This document shows, in pieces, positions 1-11,300 of a DNA stretch of 64,000 nt. The translations under genes and the position numbers were made by a program. Origin of the DNA: Trichodelitschia bisporula (Eukaryota). How positions within the stretch are numbered: the first letter of the stretch is position 1; the number at the start of each line of letters is the position of its first letter. The notes beneath the pieces were generated by a model that saw nothing but the letters and a program-made list of their open reading frames with translations, searched no databases and had not been told where the DNA came from. Location: NCBI GenBank assembly GCA_010356995.1, contig ML996687.1, positions 1,241,803-1,305,802 of the forward strand, given 5' to 3'.

Positions 1-90
1 AAAATTATTCGCCTTGTCATCAGTGGTGTAGTAGGTGTTTTGGATTTCGTTGTAATCTACATCACTGAGCTTGGAGATGCTGAATTCCAT
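1..90 (-). CDS. Possible 5' end of a gene running off the left edge (MEFSISKLSDVDYNEIQNTYYTTDDKANNF...)
   Basis: Frame is open from ATG at 90 (in-frame ATG also at 174) to position 1; divergent from KAR2; too short to identify. Confidence 0.25.
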   Translation of the reverse strand, partial: MEFSISKLSDVDYNEIQNTYYTTDDKANNF

Positions 91-985
91 GCTCGCGATA
101 TCTACGGGCCATCTTCGAGATCTTGACGGCGTGATTAGGTGCTGCGTGCGCTGTGGACTCTGCTCCAGCACCATGGATATCACGTAGCTGTCTTCACGAC
201 GTATGATTGCGCATTGAGCTAATTGTGAAGGAAGATGTTAACTTGATCGCTGTTGACTGATAATGTAGATGGTTGCGGAGGAGCATCCAAGTGCGGTATG
301 GCGCACTGATATTCAGATAACTGAGCCACAAGTGCAAGGTATGTTATTTAGAAGATGCCACAGTTTTGGTTAGGTTCTCCAAGAGGCAGAGGTTTAGAAC
401 TAAAAGGCGGCTTCCGAATCCCGCATCAATGCTCCTGGTACTTTGAGGCCTAGAACTAATGAGTGAGTCAAACTCTTGGTCAATGCCGAACCGTACCATC
501 GAGGCCCTTCGACAGCCTTCTCACGCCCCGGTTGGCTAGGGCTGAAGGGCAGTAACAAAGTTGAAAAGTGTCCACAAGGCGAGATTGGTCAACTTCAAAC
601 ACGTCGTGCTGATTGCCTCAAGTGACAGTGCGGCAGATGAGCGGGTAATGGCAAGATAGAACACAGTGTACACATCGGCAAAGTACACATATGTGAAAAG
701 GACGATAGACACCGGGGAACAGAATAATAACGGTCACCAGCAGTAGCAATTGAGTTGCAGTTATTTTAGGCTTTTGTGCCCGCAAGCCACGATGAACCCC
801 AGGCTGAGACGGGAGCTAACAGCAGCCCTCCCCCTCAATATGAAAGTAGCTGCGTTGTTGTATGCGAGATTATATACCGATAGTAAGCAATAACTTAACA
901 GCTTTGTAAATGCCACCTGGCCACCAGCGGCGGTCGGCGCCTCCTCTCCCCAATCGGGTATGGTGCAACAGTCGACTTGGCGAGA

Positions 986-1035
986 TTCTAGAAAGGACAC
1001 TTTTCAAGAGCTTCCATCCCGCAGTGGCTTTATAA
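986..1035 (+). promoter_or_regulatory. Heat-shock-element-like TTCTAGAA plus TATA-like TATAA upstream of KAR2
   Basis: TTCTAGAA at 986-993, further TTC units at ~1003-1014, TATAA at 1031-1035, then a pyrimidine-rich leader before ATG 1176. Confidence 0.45.
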
Positions 1036-1175
1036 CGGCTGCTTGTCCAATTCCCCTCCTTCACCTCTACAACACTCACCGTTCCACATCTTCTTCTCCC
1101 TCCCCCCCTCTTCTGCCTTCTGCAGCTCCAATACCTAGCTTTCTGCTTTTATTGTCTGCATCAAGCACATCCAAG

Positions 1176-3401
1176 ATGGCAGCTTCTAGAGGAAGCTCAC
1201 GCTCGTCGTGGTCCGCCTTCTGCTACCTCCTCCTTCTCCTCTGTGTACCCCTCTTGTGTCTGCAGGCCCGCGCCGACGATCAGGAGCCGCTCAAGGATGC
1301 CTCCATCACTGGTCCCGGTACGACCCGCCGTTCTGTGTGACTTGTGCTCCGCTAACTTCCGCAGTTATTGGTATCGATCTGGGTACCACCTACTCTTGCG
1401 TTGGTGTTATGAAGAATGGCAAGGTCGAGATTCTCGTCAACGACCAGGGTAACCGGATAACGCCGTCGTGGGTGGCCTTCACGGATGACGAGCGTCTTGT
1501 CGGTGATGCCGCGAAGAATCAGTTCGCGAACAACCCCCAGCGTACCATCTTCGACATCAAGCGTCTGATCGGGCGCAAGTTTCAGGAGAAGGACGTTCAG
1601 GGTGACATCAAGCACTTCCCCTTTAAGGTTGTGGGCAAGGATGGTAACCCCAAGGTCAAAGTCGATGTTCACGGGTATGTCATTCTACCGCACTCGCTTG
1701 TTCCTGTTCTGACCGCCGCAGTGAGGAGAAGACTTTCTCTCCCGAGGAAATCAGCGCCATGGTCCTCCAGAAGATGAAGGAAGTTGCCGAGAATTATCTT
1801 GGTCAGAAGGTCGTCAACGCCGTTGTCACCGTCCCCGCCTACTTCAATGATGCCCAGCGTGCCGCCACCAAGGACGCTGGCACCATCGCTGGCCTCAACG
1901 TCCTCCGTGTCGTTAACGAGCCCACGGCCGCCGCTCTTGCGTACGGTCTGGACAAGCAGAGCCAGGAGGAACGCCAGATCATCGTTTACGATCTCGGTGG
2001 TGGTACCTTTGATGTGTCGGCTCTGACTGTTGACAACGGCGTGTTCGAGGTCCTGTCTACCGCTGGTGACACCCATCTCGGTGGTGAGGACTTTGACAAC
2101 CGTGTTATCAGCTACCTCGTCAAGAAGTTCAACAAGGAGCACAGCACGGATATTTCCAAGAACCAGAAGGCGATGAGCAAGCTTAAGCGCGAGGCTGAGA
2201 AGGCCAAGCGTACGCTCTCCTCGCAGATGTCGACCCGCATTGAGATGTAAGTTCCTCTTCTGCGTCGTTCAAATGCACCGAAGCTGACTCTACAGTGAAT
2301 CTCTCCACGACGGTATTGACATGAGCGAGACTCTGACCCGCGCTAAGTTCGAGGAGCTGAACAACGACCTGTTCAAGAAGACGCTCAAGCCCGTTGAGCA
2401 GGTGCTCAAGGACGCCAAGCTGAAGAAGTCTGACATCGACGACATTGTCCTCGTCGGCGGTTCGACCCGTATTCCCAAGGTCCAGGCCATGCTCGAGGAG
2501 TTTTTTGGCAAGAAGGCGCGCAAGGACGTCAACCCTGACGAGGCTGTTGCTTTCGGTGCGGCTGTTCAGGGTGGTATCCTTGCTGGCGAGTCGGAGGCTA
2601 GCAGCCTTGTGCTCATGGACGTGAACCCCCTGACTCTTGGCATTGAGACGACCGGCGGTGTGATGACGACGCTGATCAAGCGCGGCACCACGATCCCCAC
2701 GCGCAAGAGCCAGATCTTCTCCACCGCCGCTGACAACCAGCCTGTGGTGTTGATCCAGGTCTTCGAAGGCGAGCGTTCGCTGACCAAGGATAACAACCTG
2801 CTTGGCAAGTTCGAGCTCACTGGCATCCCCCCCGCTCCCCGCGGTGTCCCCCAGATCGAAGTCTCTTTCGAGCTCGACGCCAACGGCATTCTCAAGGTCA
2901 GCGCCGGTGACAAGGGCACGGGCAAGTCGGAGTCGATCACTATCACGAACGACAAGGGCCGCCTTAGCACCGAGGAGATTGAGCGCATGGTTGAGGAGGC
3001 TGAGAAGTACGCTGAGGAGGACAAGGCCGTCAAGGAGCGCATCGAAGCGCGCAACGGCCTCGAGAACTACGCATACAGCCTCAAGAACCAGATCAACGAC
3101 AAGGAGGGTCTTGGTGGCAAGATCAGCGAGGAGGACAAGGAATCTGTGAGTTGATTTGCTCTATACATTCAGCTATCGCTAACGGACGCAGCTCCTCGAG
3201 GCTGTCAAGGAAGCTCAAGACTGGATCGAGGAGAACGGCGTGACCGCCACTACTGAGGACTTCGAGGAGCAGAAGGAGAAGCTCAGCGGTGTGGCATACC
3301 CCATCACCAGCAAGATCTACGGTTCGGCCGGTGGCGCTGGTGGTGCAGGAGGCATGCCCGACTACGGTGATGATGAGCCCTCTGGCCATGACGAGTTGTA
3401 A
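1176..3401 (+). CDS. KAR2: ER Hsp70 chaperone BiP/Kar2 (5 exons)
   Basis: Signal peptide, [37 protein letters not shown] and C-terminal HDEL-stop; introns ~1318-1364, 1675-1721, 2247-2295, 3146-3192. Confidence 0.98.
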
Positions 3402-3894
3402 AGAGCGACGGGGTACAGGGTGGTATGCAAGGGAGGCGCATGTATAAATTTAGAGGGCTAGGTTTTTCGCCTAGACCGACGCAGCTGATGCGGGGTCTGG
3501 CGGCATGCTCTGGGACGGCGTTGTATTTGTGCTGCTGCGTCTTTTATAGCTTTGCTGGTGTGCTCTTCTGCTACTATTAGTGCTGTGGATGTGTATGCAT
3601 GACGATCGGAATTGAAAAGCCTTTGATATCTACCGCGAAATGGTGATATTCCCAAATGTCGGATACGCTAGACGGTTCTGCTGCTGCTGCTGCCCCCTCT
3701 CATCCTCAACGTCTCATACCGGGATATCCTGAGTTCGATGAGGCCCTCCAGGGCTCAGGTACAACCAGGCTCACAGCCGCGAGCGGCAATTGGATCCAGC
3801 TCAATGTTACTCTACCAAACGCGTCACTTATCCCGACGGTCCACTATCGCCCAAAAGGGGCCCGCCTCAGCTGGCACCGGGCGGGAAAAAAGAT

Positions 3895-3980
3895 ATCTCC
3901 TTCCCGGAGTCGAACCGGGGTTGTTGGAAGTTTTTGATGGCAGTCAAAATCCAAAGTGATAACCACTACACCAAAGGAGA
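3895..3980 (-). tRNA. tRNA-Gln (TTG) with 14-nt intron
   Basis: Minus strand TCTCCTT-TG-GTGTAGTGGTTATCAC-T-TTGGA-TT-TTG-A-[CTGCCATCAAAAAC]-T-TCCAA-CAAC-CCCGG-TTCGACT-CCGGG-AAGGAGA-T; stems pair; T6 terminator follows. Confidence 0.92.
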
Positions 3981-4569
3981 TGGTCTGGTGGGTCTATACA
4001 TGGCAAGTTGAAACTTGTGAGGATGTCGCCAGCTGGGCGAAGGGAGGCCGAGGTGGAGGGTAGGGGAGAGGCAGCGAGAGCAGCGGGCCGGAGGTTGGAT
4101 ACATGTGCATCAGTTCGGGCTAGCCAGGCGGCTTCCGAACGATTGGGATTCGGCACTGATGAGCTTCGGAGACGGGAGGCATCGTTGGACATTGGACATC
4201 TGATTGCCGACTGCGTAAGTGACGATAGACTCCGCCAAGACAAGCCCCGACATCATGTCCCGACCCTAATCATCTCCTCTCCCATCACGGAGCTCCATCC
4301 TCCTCAACCACCTGCCATGGGCTCTATTCTTGCAGCTTCAATTCATGCCTCATGCATCATGTCACTTCTGGGGTGTAGAAATGTGACTAACGGTCCCTAT
4401 TGCTTGCACCGAACGTCGCCTTCCCTTCGTGCCACGGTCTGACCTGAACGTCAAAAATCGCGGCTGAAATGTCTTCAGGTAAGAAACGCGAGGGAACGAT
4501 GGCAAGCGCTGGGGTGCGCACTGCCCAGTGTACGCAGTATCCGCTGGACAGACTATGGCGCCCAGCTCA

Positions 4570-5330
4570 GAATCACTACGGCTGAGATTGAGCATGCTTT
4601 CCGCTACGTGACGACGATGCTCCTATCATTTGGAAAGAGCATGTCCTTGCATTCCTCTCTGTCGGCGAGGTCGGCTACCAGGTATAGGCAGCCATACTTG
4701 AGATCCGGATGCGAAGCTACCTCGTTTAGTTCCTTATCCAATCCGACATCACCCAGGCAAACCGCGAAGACCTTTCAGACTCCGCTTGGAACAACCACTT
4801 GCTGGACACTATTCCCGAGTTTTTCCTTGCCGGCATCAAACCATTCCTGCGGCCCAGCTCATATTCGCGGACTCTTGGCCGGGATGCTTTCCTACAAACT
4901 CAGTGGCGAATGACTTCTGGGCCCGACTTGTGCTGAGGCTCATTCAACCGAAAGCCTGGTGGTGCGATATGCCACTCAAGGACTTTCTAGACATGTTGGG
5001 CGAAACTCTCACTCTCACAACATCATCCAACGTCAAGCATGCGTATCCACCCTTCCACTTCCAGCTGGCATGCGCAAGTGGCCGATTTTCCGGTTCCCTA
5101 GGCTAAATTTGCTGCACGTATCAAAGACTGGATACGTGCAGCAAATTCGAGCATATCTTGGGCGACTTCCAATGGTATCGAAACAGCTTCTGACTTGAAG
5201 CTCGTATCACTTGCTGCAGATGCCTTGCGCAATCCGAGCCGAGTGAGCCTGTTCACCCGCCTTGATGTCCACTAGTGTCGGCCATCCCAAGTTATTCCGT
5301 TCATTAAGTATCGATCCCGACAGCACTCGT
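4570..5330 (+). pseudogene. Frameshifted relic of a fungal sacsin/No-vein-like (GHKL-ATPase-associated) protein
   Basis: Reading across frameshifts and a GT-AG intron (~4682-4728) gives TTAEIEHAF/PLRDDDAPIIWKEHVLAFLSVGEVGYQ^FLIQSDITQANREDLSDSAWNNHLLDTIPEFFLAGIKPF/...SWPGCFPTNSVANDFWARLV...ALRNPSRVSLFTRLDVH*C; resembles the family's AFLP-x-GFxFLIQxDFxTxAxRED-x-WN block. Confidence 0.6.
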
Positions 5331-8300
5331 TGCGTTTGGGTGGGGACCAGCACTTTGATCACATCAAATTCTTTGTTGAAACCGCACAGGGTAAGAACAC
5401 CCACACCCAATATCAAATATCACTCAGAATAATGCCCTTGTGTTTGGACTTAACGGTATGCAGGTGTACTGTTCCGCTACGGACGGCCCGTATGATAATG
5501 CTGTGGGAATGCTGACAATTTTAGTATGAGTATGATGGGCTAGGTAGACTGAAAGGGTGCGTCGGGCGCAGTAGTGATGGGCTATTACTACCACTTCTGC
5601 ACTCGAAGCACCCTTTCAGTCTACCATAGCGCATCATATACACACAAAACTCGCCAGCGTCAGCACCACCGTCTTTGTCATCCTACGCAATGCCAGTGTC
5701 TCCATCTCCGCCGACATCGTCACCGTCGTCTCGATCTACCGACGTCCCTGGGATCACCCCCTCGGGCCCATACAGGAAGGACAGCCTGGGAGGGGGAATC
5801 ACTTGACACTCCACGCACCCTTTGAGGAACAAACCTTGAGCAATTTGCCCGTGAATTTATGGCGGCCGAGCTGGGGTTTTGGAGGAGCCTTTTAGTTGAC
5901 TTGTCGAGGTACGCTGCTCGCCGAGGAAACAAAACCGTTGCGGATAACCCCTCTATCTGATATCCGCTCTTCCAAGCATGATTGTTCACGTTAGTGACGG
6001 CATCTCAAAGTCTGCATTCAATGTGCAGTGTGGGGCTGTTGCATCAGTGCGTCTGGAAATAGCATATTGTCACATTCAGTGGTAAGGCAACGGGCTCCAT
6101 GTTTACGCTCCGATGGGCGACGACAGAGCAAATCACTTTTGAGTCAACTCCCTACTACTTTGGTCTAATCTCTTGATGCCGGCGACTCCTCAACCAGTAG
6201 AGAGCTAGGCGGCATATCCACCGCGTCCGAACTCGGTGTCCTCGACGCACTCCCTAGCAACGCCAGCAAGACTGAGGTTCCTGAGCAAGGCGGCGACGGG
6301 AATCAGGCTTTATGTTGACCCTGCCATGCTGAAAGACGAGCACATATCAGAGTTTGGATGAGTGTGCGGTTCCTCTTCTACTGAGGGTACAGATATGGTG
6401 ATGGTTGGGTGTTTAAGACTCCGTGATTTACTCGTGGGAGTCGAGTCCTTTGCTGTCACATTCAACACCTGTTCTTGGATTCTCGGTAGAGTTTTTGTAG
6501 TTGAATCGATATCATTAACGACATGCTGCTTCATCATGCCTGGTCTTCGAAAGGTGGACCGCCATTCTCCTGCTTTACTCAAGCGCTGACTTTGCCAAAG
6601 CGGTTCGTCAAACCTAACGTTGGATATGAACATCAACGTCCTTTCGGTTCAAAAATCGGTGAAATTCGAGATCGAGCAAGACTGGGATATAAAGTCGATG
6701 GAATGAATCAACGCATACTCATGGTAAGCTCGTCTACGAAACTAGAGTCGTCCCGGCGAGCAAAGTCTGCTCCTTTCCATCGTTGCGGAACAACCCGTTT
6801 AACATGACGGTACTCTATCCGAATTCAGCCTCGGCCTCAGCCTCATCACAACGATAAAGTCCAGCATACGCATACAGGAAATTGCATCAAAATCAACCAC
6901 CATCAGGGCTTCATTGGAAGGCTGAGCAGACCCGAATGGCAACATGCCCCCAATTATCGTGTCTAAAACGGCATCCAGATAGTTACACAGAGAGGACGGG
7001 AACATACGTCACGCCTCGGAACCCTGATTGACATCGGGAGATTAGACTGGCGCTTGTTGTTCCGACTATCACCTGCGTCACTGCATGATACTCTTTGCCA
7101 TCTCAGCCCAGAAAGAATCCACTTGCCCGAACACCGCATCTGCTGCCAGTCAGGTGTCTCTCCAGATTGTCGTTGGCGCGAAACAAGCCATCCATTGACG
7201 CCGACATCAGGAACGAGTGATTTACGCCATCAATGCACCGAGACTTTGACAACCACTGCCACTGTCACAGTGTTCATATCCAGCCCCCAATGCACAGTCA
7301 CATCCCATCGACTGCAGCCCGCATCACCCAAACCAAACCCCAATTCCAATCCACACCCGCCAGCCCACGGCAAACAAACTCCGCCTCCATCACGAACAAC
7401 CGGTACCGGTAGCCAGCCCTCCCTAGCTTACCATCCGTGCCCAAACACCCGCTCCCTCGAAAAAACGCGGGGACGCCACGTAGTCCAGACCTCACTCACG
7501 ATAACTACCCCGCAGCGATCAGATAACCCACTACGCCAGACTATCGTCCCACACCCCAACTAGTTCTGGTCGCCCATCTCATGACGCTGGAGAAAAAGCA
7601 TGAACACAGCCCTTAGGCTCATCACCCCGCCGATCCATCACACGTCGCGCAGACAGCTAGACTGGTATGTGCATAACGACTCATTTCCCCCGCATTCGCG
7701 CCCTGCACTTCGCTCACCCCGGGCCGCGAGCCGGTAGCCCTGATCGGCGCGGTGCCCAGACGTACCTACCTCTGGTACCTACAGTAGAACGGGTTGCGAG
7801 GGCCAATGACGATAGTCCGGCGATGGGGATGTGTGGAGATGGGATGTTTATGCGTAATGGTGATGCGGGTGCTGAGTCGAGGTCGTTGGATGCGATAGGC
7901 GGAGCGGCGGGTTGGGCTGGATGTGCGGGGTTGGGTTGCGGTGATGCTGAACATGCTTTTGCTATCGATACTTCGTAGCTCGCCCACATGCATCGCGCGA
8001 TATCCACAGTCCGATACGTATCCGAAAGTCGCAAGCGTCCCGGCACCCATCCCGCAACAATCAAGCTCCCGATCACACCCCACAAACACCACGACTCAGT
8101 CCGCCCGCACTGCGCCCCGCAAAAGACCGCACGACTCGGCCGTCCGCACCTTGCAAGAAACATTCACGACATCGCCGGTCATCGCCCTACGCCGTGACGC
8201 TACACCTGTCAAACTCCACCCGCCTCAGAAGATCGCTAGTCAGCTCTCCGCCCTGCGATGCCGACCCAATCCATCGCCCAACCTGACCTACGAGCCTAAA

Positions 8301-11300
8301 ACGATAAACGCACGACGAAACGGGCCCGCGTGGCCAGCCCGTTTGGTCGCACCCGCGGATCGACGATTCAGAACCCCAAAGTTTGCACGACGATGTGCGC
8401 TCAGTCAGACGCCCCGCTCCGCCCGCCCGCCTGCCCGGACGTACTGAATCGCTCTCCGATGCCACGACACGACAGGCACCGGGGTTGCGGCTGAGCGTGA
8501 CGTGCGCCTTCTGATCGGGTGCGAGTCAACGGCCGGATAGTTGCGGGGTGATGTTCGCGAGGCGCACGGTATCGTGTCGGCTCGACGTCGTCGTCGGTGA
8601 CAGCCGGGTCCCCACCGGTGGCCTGAGATGAGAGTGTGGAAGGATCGCCGTTGGGTGCTGATCTGGGGAAATCATTCTCCTCCCGAATAGCGCCGCGCGA
8701 TTATCCCAATGTGCCCGCGCAAGAGGCGAATCTCGCGGGTCAGTATTCAGCTACCGCGCGCGAGCGAGGCGACGAGAGCAGCACCATACCACGCCACAGA
8801 AGCGCATCTTTGCGAGGCGGAATCGTCGCCAGAGTCGGGATTGAGATGATACAGACCTCCCTCAAGCTCGAGGCCCGGGCAGCAGTTCGCGGCTCGCGGC
8901 CGCAACGCCATGGCGTGCCGTAGACGCCGCGCGCTGACGATAATCCGGGGGCGGCGTTGGGCGGTAGCGCGAAGTGCAATTTCGAAGGGAAAGTTGGGGC
9001 CGAGGGTTCGTGGTGCGGTTTACCTCCGTAGTTGGAGTGTTCGGTTTGATGGAACTTGGGAATTGCGGGGATGAGGTTGTGGAGTTTAGCATGACAGTCA
9101 CGATGCGATGCTACCCTCGTAAGCTTGATTCCGCATATCAGATACTGCACTCGACGACGTCACCCACGCAACCGCGCAACGCAGGCGAGTCTCGCCTCAT
9201 CATCTCCAGACTTCAAACAAACAAAACCTTTCGCCACCCCGGCTCGAGCTCACCTCGCTTCCCAACGCGTGCAATTCCCCGCCGGTCAAAGCTCCTCTCG
9301 GAGCTCCCAAACAAACGAAGCTGCTCCAAGCTCCAACCCGCCTCCCCGCACGCCGTCTCCACGCCAGTTTCCCCGCCCACGCCACAGGGACCATCTCCGG
9401 GCCCCGCCGCGAAGTAGCTCACGCCCGCTTCTTCGCTATCGCGAACCCACTGGCTTTGGATTGCCCATCTTCGAGATAGCTTCAGCATTAAGCGGGCGGC
9501 CAGAGCGCAGGCCAGGCCGCCGCGTCGGTAATCTCCAATATCATTCCTTTTAACTTACACAAGCACGGGCTCGCTCACGCAAAAAATCACCCATTCGCAA
9601 TATCGGTAAGGCCCGTAGCTTCACATGCTAGCCTTGTGTCATCAGCTGGCCCGGCCTGGGCTGATATCGTATTCCCAGCCTCCAGGTCGGCGGGATGGGG
9701 GTCTGGATGGGGTGGAATGGCCGCTGTGCACGTAGCAACTATCGGTCTGGGAGCATCGGGCAAGCATCACGCTGACCGCGGGTGTGGTCGGTACCACCTC
9801 ATCTCATGTTTTGCGTGCCGTGTCCGACATATCGACCGTTACATCGGACCGCGTGGCAAACCGGAGGGCGAGCCCGAATGGAGCGGAACACGAGGTCGTC
9901 TCACTCTGATACTCTCCGCTCTGACCGGGTGAACACGATCGGCCGTCGCACGAACCGCACCACTGGTGCAATCGCTAACGTCACAGAAGAACAGAATACC
10001 TCCGTACAAAGAGGCAGAATGTGGCAACTCATCCCGAACGTGAGGCGCGATTTCCAGTCAACCGAATTGCCGGCGCTCGCCTCGTGTGTTCATTCGCATT
10101 ATGGCTCAATCTCCCGCGTTCCTAGCTCAATATTCTAACCTTCGATGTTTCGCTAGACTGCACCGCCGGCGGGAGAAGGAACGAGGTAGGGCTGATACCA
10201 CCGGCGCGCTTCTAACCCGACCTCATTCTAGCGATGAGGCGGCGGCGCGATGGTCATCCGTAGGCATGGTATTCGGGACAAGTGGAAGCAGAGCAATCCA
10301 GGGTATCGCGGGTATCAATCGACAATCGAGAAGCAGTCCAATATCGCGGGACCACATCACAACTCAACAGGCCAGATAAGCCGGGCCATTCTCGCAGCAT
10401 CCAAAAAAAAGAAATTGACACCGGGAATGACATTCCAAATGTCAAAACGAAAAAGATTTTCGCATTGCGCGCCGCTGGTTGGTCGCTTTTTCCCATCCTG
10501 GAGTTGTTCCTGCGTCGTGCGTCGTGGCCCTTGCAGCAGCGTGCATATCCCGCGGCCTGCGTCTGCCGGCTGTCATTGATGTCAGCCCTGAGCAGAATGC
10601 GTGGAGGCGAAGTGCGAGAACGGCCGAAAGCAGTCTTTTTGCACCTGCATCACGAAACGCGTTTCCCGGCGCGGTTTAGCAGTGCGCGCGGAAGATACAG
10701 CCGCGGCGAAAGAGGGAAAGCGGCGAGGTTGCGCGTGCATATTGCATAACTACTGCCTTTTTGCCGCGTAGTTCGTGTCCTAGGCGACGTAAGCGAGAGC
10801 ATGCATAACTTCCGCACCCGCGTCCCCGGCGAGTGGATCCCGTCGTGTTTGACTCGAGACTCGGATCCAGGGCGTCGAGGGCTGCTTGGCGAGCAGAGGA
10901 AGAGCGAGCTTGATTCCCGGAGCGTGGACGCGGTGTCGGCTGGCTTGTATCAGAACAGCGGGGAATGAGAAGGGCTGAAGACAGCGTGGAGAGGGCGTGC
11001 TTGCTGGACATGCATGAAGTATCTCCAGTGCGAACCGGACGGACGAAGTAACGACGCTGCGATATCAATTCCTCCGCAAATCGGCGCAGGAATTCCCCCC
11101 ACGGCAGCGGCGCCGCCAACGAACCCTCCATCTCACACAATCTCTCAATTTCCAGCCCTCAAGCACGCAATATCAATCTCCGGCCCTCCACACGGCATTG
11201 ATTACGCTCCTCCGCCTCATAAGCGGGCTTCTATTCTTCCACCACGCTTCCACTCCGCTCCGACCGAAGCCTCCGAGCGGGTTGGCGGTTCCTTGTTCCG

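Noticed and set aside
584..612. ATTGG..ACACGT, a possible UPR element of KAR2
   Set aside because: Short motif ~570 bp upstream; cannot be separated from chance without conservation data
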